A stretch of DNA of 64,000 bases, taken from positions 51,708,001 to 51,772,000 of the forward strand of contig NW_027266265.1 of NCBI RefSeq assembly GCF_022045235.1, in the 5' to 3' direction. The first letter of the stretch is position 1. Every line of letters begins with the position of its first letter. Source of the DNA: Haliotis cracherodii. Its lineage: Eukaryota. This document shows, in pieces, positions 11,589 through 23,100 of the stretch. Made by a program: the position numbers and the translations under genes. The notes beneath the pieces are model-generated. The model saw only the letters and a list, made by a program, of their open reading frames with translations. It was not told the origin of the DNA and did no database searches.

Positions 11589-12399
11589 ATTGTCAGGTAC
11601 CAATAGGTACTTGAATAGTTACCTCCCCTTATTCATATTCAGTGCAGGTGACAGAATCGTGTCAAGCGTTCAAAATACATGCGTTGTAGTCGTCAAAGGC
11701 TCCGTGCACGAACTCACCTGATAAGATGTGTGTTTGTAAACATATATTTTTGTAATGTTTTGTTTGAGTAAGATGACAATAACGAATGCAAAACTCGTGT
11801 ACGGTTATATTTGAGAATGTGTTTACGAGTGTATGTAAAATCGTTAGGTGTTACGGTAGGCATGGGTTGCTGAAGACCTATTCTACCCCGGATCTTCATG
11901 GGTCTAATCGTTAGATGTTTCGATGTAATCATCAGATATTTCGGGTACAGTATTCATTGCAAAAAATTCATGTAATATGTTTATGAATTTATGTATGTAT
12001 GGGAATGTATGAAACATGAGGGAAATGATAACGAATATATAGTGAATATATGTTACACAAGCCATGCATGGCAATGTAATCTTCAGACTTGTTTGTTTAT
12101 TTATTGATTAACGCCGCTATCAGCAATATTCCAGCTATATGATAGCGGTCAGTAAATAATCGAGTCTGAACCGGAAAATCCATTGAGGAGCATCATGACA
12201 AGATGACATCATGAGCATCGATCCACTCATTTGGGATTTCGATGACATGCATCAACCATGCAAATCAACGAGCCAGACCACCCTATCCCGTTAGTCGCCT
12301 CTTACGACAAGCGTAGTTGCCACTATATGTTCTTCACAGCCACTGTAACCACCTTGATTATTGAGGCTATCTACTAGATCCATGTTGCTTCAATGTAAG

Positions 12400-15365
12400 G
12401 CACTGGTATGGTTCGCACTACATTCATGCACTGGTAATGTTCGCACAACATTCAGGCACTGGTAAGGTTCGCACAACATTCAGGCACTAGTAAGGTTCGC
12501 ACAACATTCATGCACTGGTAAAGTTCGCACAACATTCATGCACTAGTAAGGTTTGCACAACATTCAGGCACTGGTAAGGTTCGCTCAACATTCAGGCACT
12601 AGTAAGGTTCGCACAACATTCATGCACTGGTATGGTTTCGCACAACATTCATGCATTGGTATGGTTCGCACATCATTCATGCACTGGAAAGGTTCGCACA
12701 ACATTCATGCAGGCACTAGTAAGGTTCGCACAACATTCATGCACTAGTAAGGTTTGCACAACATTCAGGCACTGGTAAGGTTCGCTCAACATTCAGGCAC
12801 TAGTAAGGTTCGCACAACATTCATGCACTGGTATGGTTTCGCACAACATTCACGCACTGGTAAGGTTCGCACAACATTCATGCACTGGTAAGGTTCGCAC
12901 AACATTCATGCAGGCACTGGTAAGGTTCGCACAACATTCATGCACTGGTATGGTTTCGCACAACATTCACGCACTGGTAAGGTTCGCACAACATTCATGC
13001 ACTGGTAAGGTTCGCACAACATTCATGCACTGGTAAGGTTCGCACAACATTCATGCACTGGTAAGGTTCGCACAACATTCATGCACTAGTAAGGTTCGCA
13101 CAACATTCAGGCACTGGTACCTAGGTTCGCACAACATTCAGGCACTGGTAAGGTTCGCACAACATTCATGCACTGGTATGGTTCGCACAACATTCATGCA
13201 CTGGTAAAGTTCGCACAACATTCATGCACTGGTGAAGTTCGCACAACATTCAGACTAGTAAGGTTCGCACAACATTCATGCACTAGTAAGGTTCGCACAA
13301 CATTCATGCAGGCACTGGTAAGGTTCGCACAACTTTCAGGCACTGGTAAGGTTCGCACAACATTCATGCACTAGTAATGTTTGCACAACATTCATGCACT
13401 GGTAAGGTTCACTCAACATTCATGCACTGATAAGGTGCGCACAACATTCATGCACTAGTAAGGTTCGCACAACATTCATGCACTGGTAAGGTTCGCACAA
13501 CATTCATGCACTAGTAAGGTTCGCTCAACATTCAGGCACTGGTAGCTAGGTTCGCACAACATTCAGGCACAAGTAAGGTTCGCACAACATTCATGCACTG
13601 GTAAGGTTTGCACAACATTCATGCACTAGTAAGGTTCGCACAACATTCAGGCACTGGTACCTAGGTTCGCACAACATTCAGGCACTGGTAAGGTTCGCAC
13701 AACATTCATGCACTGGTATGGTTCGCACAACATTCATGCACTGGTAAAGTTCGCACAACATTCATGCACTGGTGAAGTTCGCACAACATTCAGACTAGTA
13801 AGGTTCGCACAACATTCATGCACTAGTAAGGTTCGCACAACATTCATGCAGGCACTGGTAAGGTTCGCACAACTTTCAGGCACTGGTAAGGTTCGCACAA
13901 CATTCATGCACTAGTAATGTTTGCACAACATTCATGCACTGGTAAGGTTCACTCAACATTCATGCACTGATAAGGTGCGCACAACATTCATGCACTAGTA
14001 AGGTTCGCACAACATTCATGCACTGGTAAGGTTCGCACAACATTCATGCACTAGTAAGGTTCGCTCAACATTCAGGCACTGGTAGCTAGGTTCGCACAAC
14101 ATTCATGCAGGCACAAGTAAGGTTCGCACAACATTCATGCACTGGTAAGGTTTGCACAACATTCACACACTGGTAGATAGGTTCACACAACATTCAGGCG
14201 CTGGTAGCTAGGTTCGCACAATATTCAGGCGCTGGTAAGATTCGCACAACATTCATGCACTGGTATGGTTCACACAACATTCATGCACTGGTATGGTTCG
14301 CACAACATTCATGCACTGGTAAGGTTCACACAACATTCATGCACTGGTATGGTTCGCACAAAATTCATGCACTGGTATGGTTCGCACAACATTCATGCAC
14401 TGGTAAGGTTCGCACAACATTCATGCACTGGTATGGTTCGCACAACATTCATGCACTGGTAAGGGTTCGCACAACATTCAGGCACTGGTAAGGGTTCGCA
14501 CAACATTCAGGCACTGGTAAGGTTCGCACAACATTCATGCACTGGTAAGGTTCGCACAACATTCATGCATTGGTATGGTTCGCACAACATTCATGCACTG
14601 GAAAGGTTCGCACAACATTCATGCAGGCACTAGTAAGGTTCGCACAACATTCATGCACTGGTAAGGTTCGCTCAACATTCAGGCACAGGTAGCTAGGTTC
14701 GCACAACATTCATGCACTGGTAAGGTTCGCACAACATTCATGCACTGGTAAGGTTCGCACAACATTCATGCACTGGTAAGGTTCGCACAACATTCATGCA
14801 TTCGTAATGTTCGCACAACATTCATGCACTAGTAAGGTTCGCACAACATTCATGCACTGGTATGGTTCGCACAACATTCATGCACTGGTAATGTTCACAC
14901 AACATTCATGCACTGGTATGGTTCGCACAATATTCATGCACTGGTAAGGGTTCGCACAACATTCATGCACTGGTAAGGTTCGCACAACATTCATGCACTG
15001 GTAAAGTTCGCACAACATTCAGACTAGTAAGGTTCGCACAACATTCATGCACTGGTAAGGTTCGCTCAACATTCAGGCACTAGTAAGGTTCGCACAACAT
15101 TCATGCACTGGTAAGGTTCGCACAACATTCATGCACTGGTAAGGTTCGCTCAACATTCAGACACTGGTAGCTAGGTTCGCACAACATTCATGCACTAGTA
15201 AGGTTCGCACAACATTCATGCACTTGTAAGGTTCGCACAACATTCATGCACTAGTAAGGTTCGCACAACATTCATACACTGGTAAGGTTCGCACAACATT
15301 CAGGCACTGGTAGCTAGGTCCGCACAACATTCAGACACTAGTAAGGTTCGCACAACATTTATACA
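12400..15365. repeat. 28-bp satellite, about 105 copies, with a 540-bp higher-order duplication
   Basis: Unit GCACTGGTAAGGTTCGCACAACATTCAT. 13081-13565 is repeated exactly at 13621-14105. Confidence 0.97.
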
Positions 15366-15942
15366 CGGCAGGGCTCACTTCATTGTTTGACTTTAACAGA
15401 CATGTGTCAGTACCGCGACACATTACCTCACGAGAGATGGGGTATACAGTGTATATACAATACACAGTACAAGCCTGTGAAGTACTGACTGTGACTTAGA
15501 ATTGGTTTAATTTTCAACGCCACACTCAGACATGTTCGTGCATAACATAACCATACAACCGAGTCTAGACCAGGCAGTCTTGGGACTTAATGCGCTTAAT
15601 TATGTTGTCTGAAGAGATAACTTTGACGATAGTGTATGTTCTGACATGTTTAATTCATTTTAATAAATATATTTTACATCATATATAATATATACATTAA
15701 TATGTTTAGCATTAAGGGGTATAACATATCAATAAATGTATTGTACCCAAGCCATGCATTCATAAGGCTGCGATAATATAGCACATGCCGCGCCATGCAG
15801 TATGCATGGTGTTAACGTAAGTATGTCGTGTGTTATTTAGAGAATATCCTGCGAGCGAGGAAATACTGATTGTCTGTACCCAGTGAATTATTTTTTTTTG
15901 TATGTTCAGTTACAACAGCACAGTAACATACACCACAGGAAC

Positions 15943-16039
15943 ATGTAACTAATAATAATAACAAACAAACTCACAAACGAGGCCGAACGTCTTCGGCCTC
16001 GTCTACGAGTTTGTTTGTTGTTATAATCATTAGTTACAC
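15943..16039. repeat. ~95-bp imperfect palindrome
   Basis: TGTAACTAAT..ACAAACAAACTC..ACGAGGCCGAA-CGTC-TTCGGCCTCGT..GAGTTTGTTTGT..ATTAGTTACA. Confidence 0.8.
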
Positions 16040-16066
16040 CAGAGACCATATAATAGATGGCCTCTG
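16040..16066. mobile_element. 27-bp palindromic micro-element, copy 1
   Basis: CAGAGACCATATAATAGATGGCCTCTG between GTTACAC direct repeats (16033-39 and 16067-73). Confidence 0.75.
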
Positions 16067-16215
16067 GTTACACGTTTCTGTGCATACACACTCCGGCGCA
16101 ACGATGACTTAGCATTGAAGCACGCCAACAAGCTTATTTGCATATCACGTGATCGGACTTTCCTCGTTTGTAAACAAATGCGCGTATTCTGAAATTAGAG
16201 TAGACTGATTAAAAG

Positions 16216-16242
16216 CAGAGACCATCTATTATATGGTCTCTG
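16216..16242. mobile_element. 27-bp palindromic micro-element, copy 2 (opposite orientation)
   Basis: CAGAGACCATCTATTATATGGTCTCTG between TTAAAAG direct repeats (16209-15 and 16243-49). Confidence 0.75.
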
Positions 16243-16751
16243 TTAAAAGCAAGCCTTTCAGTGCATTCTACATATTTTTTGCATAATTATATAGATATGC
16301 TGAGTACTTCGTCTGCAACAGTGAGAAGCACAACAGTATATCTTTACAAATGAAAGTGACCGTATCGCTAGCTCGTCATAGGGGTTCGATTATAGCGCGT
16401 GCCCATGTAAACAAAGGATACATACGTAAATGGAAATTGTTTATCACGCGTTAGGATATATCCTTATTGGATCTTAATCATATTCTTTAAGAGGTAGGTG
16501 TAGAGTTTCTCAAATTGATATGGATTACAGAAAATATGTAATTTGTTGAATGGACTGTGTAAGATGTGACGAATCGTTTGGTAATTGATAAATATAGCCA
16601 TTTGATTTTTTAAAATTAAATCATGGATTTGTCGCAGTGCTCGGCTTGAAGGATAGGGTTAGGCGCGTAAGTAATTGAAGCTCCTTTACAATCATTGTCC
16701 TAGTAGGGGAGGTCACTCTTAAAGTAAGTGCTAGCACATGTTCATAACAAC

Positions 16752-18752
16752 ATGGCGGGCTTAGAACTTCTGTCTGATCAGGGCTTTCGAATTGATGGGC
16801 GTAGACCGCATGAGTTACGAAAGATCCAATGTCGGCTAGGGGTTTTCAAGCAAGCAGATGGTTCAGCGTATATTGAGCAGGGAAATACGAAGGTTTTAGC
16901 AACAGTATACGGCCCACACGAGGTAACCGGCTAACTGGCACTTCAGGAACAAGAGACACTTAAATCCCGATGTGCTACTTTCCAATTGCAAAGCCAGGAA
17001 AGACTTCCGCCCGTATCCCCCCTCCAAAATTTGTATATGTATGCATAGCCGCCCAATCGTTTTAGCTAGGCTTATATATATATTTGAGGGGGGATTCGGG
17101 TGTAAGTCGTACCAACAGGTCTTGGAGGATTGCATACCTAGACATTTGCTAGACACAACAATCTCACACATGACACCCCTCTCCCACGGCCCTGCATTTA
17201 GTGCTCCAAGGAATAAGTTATTCTACTTTCAAACATGATATACGAGTTACATTTAGTAAGCACACACAGAATTATAAACTGACTCAATGTTATCACATTT
17301 TCTTAATCATGAATGTTAAGTAAAATTTATGTTTGTGTTAACATGATAAACTCCATATTGTGACATATTTCTTTCTTTATTTTATTTTCTATAGCATAAA
17401 TCTGTAAACGATAACAATTTTAAGGTGTGGCCTTACATAAGATGATGGTGTATAACGACAAACAAAACAAACTTTGTTCTATTTCAGATTAGAGGCAGTA
17501 GAGGAAGAGCCTTACATGACAAGGTTCTGGTGAACTGTCAGTACAGCATGGCCACCTTCAGCACCGGGGAGAGGAAGACACGCCCCAGGGGTGACCGCAA
17601 GTCCCAAGAGATGACCATGCACCTCCGACAGACCTTTGATGCAGCTATTATGACCAGCCTCTATCCTCGATCACAGATTGATATTTTCGTGGAGGTAAGA
17701 CAACCATATTCCTTTGTTTACGAATTAGAGTGACCAGAGCCAAATGTGCAATCTAATAATTCATAATGGAAAAGTTTTCATGTGTCATTTACAAGCAGAA
17801 CAAGCCAAGAAATTAAGGTAAATAAAAATTGAAACAATAAAATACACAATGATCTATTACAATATAGTTAGTATATACAGTTGGTCTGCGGCCTCCCCTT
17901 CAGACGGCCACCTCGAGTCAGGTCAACATTGACCTCATCAAGAATAACTACCATATTCGACGTAATAAGCGCTGAGGGGGCTCTCAAGATTAGAAATAGG
18001 GGGCTCTTATTAGAATATTACTTTGGTGAAAAAAAACAGAGTTGAAAGATTAATTTTGTGGTTTATGCTGACAGCCTGAAATGTTTATGTACGACAGATA
18101 TTATTTTCCAGAATTTGATTGCCCATAATTAAGGGTGCATATAGCACATGAGTGCATATTATACGCGAAAAAATAAGTCTTGTGAACATTGATCAATCGG
18201 AAGGGGTGCCAATTGGGATTGTTCACTAGCCAATATATTAGCAAATATCGTGGGCCGTGGGCGCTTATTAGAGCAGGGCGCTTATTACGTCAAATACGGT
18301 ATTTGTATAATGTATTTTTCAATTGATAATTCCAACCTTCTGTTGAGGAATTAAATAAGAGTCTTGTAAAAATTGGCTCTTGGCAGGTTCTTCAGTCCGA
18401 CGGCGGCAACTACTGCGCTAGTGTGAACGCCTCAACGCTTGCGCTCATAGATGCTGGCATTCCCATGAAGGACTATGTGTGTGCATGCTCTGCAGGCTTC
18501 GTGAACGATTCCCCGCTAGTCGACATCAGCTACCTGGAGGAGTCATCGGGTGGGCCGGAGCTGATTGTCGCCACCTTGCCTCAGTCAGAGCAGATTGTGT
18601 TTCTAGAGATGAACTCCCGGCTTCACGAGGACAACCTCAACAAGGTCCTAGACCAGGCCATGAAGGGTTGTAAGGACATCTACCAGGTGCTCAATACAGC
18701 TGTCCGAGAACACGTCAGTAGCACGGTCACATCACTCGGCTGGGAGACTTGA
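16752..18752 (+). CDS. EXOSC4: Exosome complex component RRP41 (RNase PH fold), 247 aa, 3 exons
   Basis: Exons 16752-16922 (MAGLELLSDQGFRIDGRRPHELR...GSAYIEQGNTKVLATVYGPHE), 17488-17694 (VNCQYSMATFSTGERK...YPRSQIDIFVE) and 18387-18752 (VLQSDGGNYCASVNASTLALIDAGIPMKDYV...TGA). Both introns are phase-0 GT-AG. Confidence 0.97.
17002..17108. mobile_element. Small MITE with GACTTCCGCCCGTATCCCC TIR (EXOSC4 intron 1)
   Basis: Imperfect inverted termini of about 26 bp. A related copy lies at 48961-49182. Confidence 0.6.
17951..18299. mobile_element. Tc1/mariner (pogo-like) MITE
   Basis: TA|CCATATTCGACGTAATAAGCGC...GCGCTTATTACGTCAAATACGG|TA. Confidence 0.85.
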
Positions 18753-18972
18753 CGATGCCACTTTATTGTACATGTTTGTCATATTTTTGTAAATAATTAG
18801 TATCTGACTTGAACATTATGTTTTTCTTGTTTATGACGCTTTTATTGGGCAAAGGGTGGCCAGCAGATTAAATTCTTGTCTTTGAATGCTGCCAGCCTAC
18901 CGAAAGTTGAGTTAATGCGCAGAGCCTTTAATGACGAGAACCTTGTGTTGTGCCGTCCTGTGATCTAAGGTG

Positions 18973-19170
18973 GTTATTATCTCCTGTCACAAAGTGGAAG
19001 TGGGTTATTGGAATGGGTGTTATGTGTCGGTCCTTCTGTCACGTTTAATTTCCGGAGCAGAACTAAAAAATATATGAGAGATATCTTAACCAATCTTGGG
19101 AAATAGATAGGTCTAGTGGTAAACTGGTGCCTTTTGATAGTTTGGGATTTTTGAAAAAAATATCCTGACT
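18973..19170 (-). mobile_element. Degenerate fragment related to the 4582-5430 HINE-like element
   Basis: Shares TTTCCGGAGCA.AACT and AACTGGTGCCTTTTG with the reverse complement of the 169-bp unit. Confidence 0.5.
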
Positions 19171-20181
19171 TTGTTTCAGGTTAAGCTCAGGTTGAGAACT
19201 AAGTGCTAATATCTCGTCATCAGGCATACACCACTGTGTACAAATTAGAGATTAAAGTAAAGTATCTTTTTAAAGTGACTATCCATGATCATGTCATGTT
19301 TGACAGTTTTCTATACAATCAGATCTATTTGATAGTCAGCTAATATATAATTGCACAAACATTTAACATTGTTACAATTGTGACATTGTGTTCAAATTAG
19401 ATATCTTTATATGATGTGTAATAGACCAGAGAGGTGGTATATGGGTAAATACGGTAAAAGATGGATAAGCACAAGTAACATTTAAAGTTTCCTCATAACA
19501 GACATACTCTCAATTTACACAGTGAAACGAGCATTTCTGGCTATGCTTCAGCACTATTGACAGCCGCAGCTGTATCTTGAGGTCAAATACAAACGATGTG
19601 TTCAATGTGACAAAACATAGCAACACATCAGGTTATTAGGCATACCACTTAATGACCGTAATCTCATAAGGATGCATGCAATGGTGAAACATGACACAGG
19701 CGAACAGGTGGTCATATATATATTTCTATTGTGTAATGTACATGTGTATTAGAATAATAGCCAATTTTATATCAACTATTTTGTTCCCTCTTAAAACATA
19801 TTTGTGATCGACCATTTGATTTTATATTCTATGGAGAGAAGAAAATTGTCCAAGAATATGCTCTAAAATTGTAATTATGCTTCAGACTGTTGTACAAAAG
19901 AAATTACCTCAATAATTGTTGCAAAATGTTTTTTATTTTTAACAAAATAAGGCAAAATTACAAAAAAATATCTGGTTTTGCAGCTGTATCGGACAAAATA
20001 TCTACTCTCCATACCAGAATATGAAATGGTCCGCCCTAAATACACGGCCAACCGCTTAACCCCCAAGGCCAATAAGATGAACGTCATACCCATCGCCTCA
20101 GCCGTACATGCAGTACATTGTATTTGAATTCATATCAACTTTTCTCCCTACGAAAGTGCCATGCTATACACAGCCAACAAA

Positions 20182-23100
20182 TTAACTCTCTAAAGCCAAC
20201 GGGATGAACGTCTTACAAAAGAATCTGACGCCTTCAACCGTTTTCATGACCTGACCAATTTGAACTGGATGAATGTAGTTAAAGTTCTTGTGGAACTGTT
20301 GTCGCAGAGCACTGCCTTCTCCACGGGTCACATGGTGACCATCCAGGTAATAAACACTCCGCTGGTCTTCAATCCCACTGATGGCCGTGGGGATCGTTAT
20401 CTCGGCCGGCAGACCGTATCTTGTAAGAAGACGCGCAAAGAACAGGAACTCTGACTTGTAGCTCTGTGGCACGTAGACGATGTCGGAGACTTGAGACAGG
20501 TAGATGTCGTCACTGGCGTAGTTACGGTTGTCACCGAGTCTTCTCTTGAATGTGGTGTACATCGTCTTGTTTGTCCGTTCCAGGTCTATCATGGCTTTCA
20601 TAAATGACTTTGAGTTAGTCCTGCAACACAGTATAGGAACAGTATAATTTAGTGACCCATCCATAACTATGTTGTTTGAAATAAGCCAATTTATTCATAA
20701 TAACAGAACAACACCGGACAATATGCTAGCATATGATGGGCCAGATCTATACCAAAACATCCGGGACATCGTCAGGGGTCGTCACCGATACTTACTTCCC
20801 TGTTAATATCTGTTCCCATGTACCTTTCTTTTATGGCATATTACTTTCTGTTTTCGCTTTTGCACCCCTGAAGAGGTGAGGTGAAATTGGGCTTAACGTC
20901 GCGTCTAAGATTATTGCACTTATATAGCGACGTGCATGCACGTGTATGTGTGTGACTGCTTGTACTAGTCCGGACTGATGCCGATTTATAGTGCTAGCCC
21001 ACTGAGATACCATGCCGCAGTTTAACATGAATACCCCACTCAGACACAGTATACTGACTCCGAGCCGACCAGTCCTTGTTTTAGCCCCTTAATGCCGAGC
21101 GCAAGACAGGGTAACAACAAGTACCATCTTTTAACGTCTTTTGGTATGACGCAGCCGGGGATCGAACCCCGGACCTACCACTAGACCACGGAGGCGGTCG
21201 CACCCCTGAAGATTCCGGGTCAGAATAGGAACCCAGCAATCGTGCTTGTTACAGCTCAGTTATAAGGATTGGGTGGCTACAATGTTTGACCTGGCCCACT
21301 GTGTGTCATCATACCCCGACAGAGGTTTGCCTGGCCAAAGGTTTGATCATTTATATGCCTCGTGGTGTAGCTGCAGTGCTGCTAAATGTGCATGAGTTAA
21401 ATCAACCTTCACTCTTTGCCCCGTGGTCTAGAGGTAGTGCGTCCACCCTGAGAGCTAATGGTTCGGGGTTCGATCTCCGGTCGTTTCATACTAAAAGATG
21501 GTATTTGTTGTTACCCTGGCGCTCGGCATTAAGGGGCTAAATTAAGAACTGGTCGGCTCGGAGTCTGTTAAACTGCGCAATGGTATCGCAGTGTGCTAGC
21601 ACTATAAAATCGCATTAGTCCGGACTAGTACAAGCAACCACACGCACACATACACACGTGCATGCGCGTTGCAATATAAGTGCGATAATCTTGAACGCGA
21701 CGGTAAACCCCATTTCACCTCACCTAACCCTGTGGGGATTCCGGGTTAGCATAGGTCCGAATCAATCCTTTACGGGGCGCACTCATATAGTTGTAATATT
21801 GGTGAGTGCGGCGTTAAGCAAGAACTAACAGTACTTACCTGGACTGATACCGGACACGAGGGCTGCTTGTCCTTTTAGACACAGGCTGGATGAACCAGAT
21901 CTTGTCCCGAGGCAGCACACCGAGCGTCCAAACATGGAGGAGAGTGTCGTCGGACACCATCAGATACCCACCAGCCCTGTAGTTCATCTCCATTGTTTTG
22001 ATTAAACACTTTTGGGCAAACGCACCCTTGTGCACGTCCATTTCTACGATCGTCACCTTCTCCGTCGATGTTTTATAGATCTTATTAAACTTAGCGCCAC
22101 AGTAAACGATGTGTGTGAACTGGAATCCGTACAGAGCTTCGTACGTTCTGATATTGTCATAATGGGTTGGATCCCTGAGGATGACAACCAGTACAATGTC
22201 ATTGAAAGTCGTATGGATTCCATGGGGTGGTCTGATGTCCAGTCTTGGACATAGTTTGTTCACCTTTGCCAAGTGGTGATGCAGGAGCTCACTGGACGCG
22301 GTGATGTCCACGCCAGGTGGGACTTGAACTTCTGGCACAAACTGGACATTGGTCAGGGAAGATGTCCGCCGCTTCCCATGCCTTTTTCGTGTGTGCTGCT
22401 TTCGCCTGGAATATGGGATCCGCTTAGGCTCTTTGTAACCCATTGTCTTTAGATCTTGCAGCCAGTGACGAATGATTTCAGCATCTGCTTTTCTCCAAAA
22501 CTTTTCTCTTGCCATCTCGTCAGACAGCGCTATCACACAGTCAAAGAAGGAGTCACGGGGATTGCAGTTCCAATTTCTGAGAAATTCAAGCAGTGTCTCT
22601 GATTTGAAGTACATATCATGCTCCAAGATCGCATCGGCTAAGTTCGTTTCGTTATTGTGTTCCTGGAAACTGTTCGGGGGGAAGAAGCCAGTGCCCCCTC
22701 CCATCTCCCAAAGGAGTCTCTGTGCCCAATAACCCCGCCAGATGTCACTGACGAAGCTTGGTATGGTCGTGGGTAGCAGAAGAGCCCAGAAAGCATCATA
22801 GGTAAACAGAGTGTTATAGGAATTGAGCGTGGAGAACACGCCACTCGGAACAAACGCAGGTGGTGCTACGGCGTCAAACGTTATGTTCGGAGCTAAATGT
22901 TTCCTTGTGCGTGTGAGCTGAACGATTGCGTCAACCTCAGGACTGCCGTTAACGAGCCCCTGCTGTATAGATGGAGTCGTCCAGTCGTCGAGGATGTAGC
23001 TAAGAGAGGCGTTGTCCCCGACCGAGCTGAGGGGGTACCCGCGAGGCCATAACGTTGGCTGTCCAAAGTGATTATAAGGATTGAACAAATTGATGCCGTC

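Noticed and set aside
12400-15365. CRISPR-like array of 28-bp repeats, and the short ORFs predicted across it
   Set aside because: The units are contiguous with no unique spacers, there are no cas genes and the context is eukaryotic. The ORFs are translations of the satellite.
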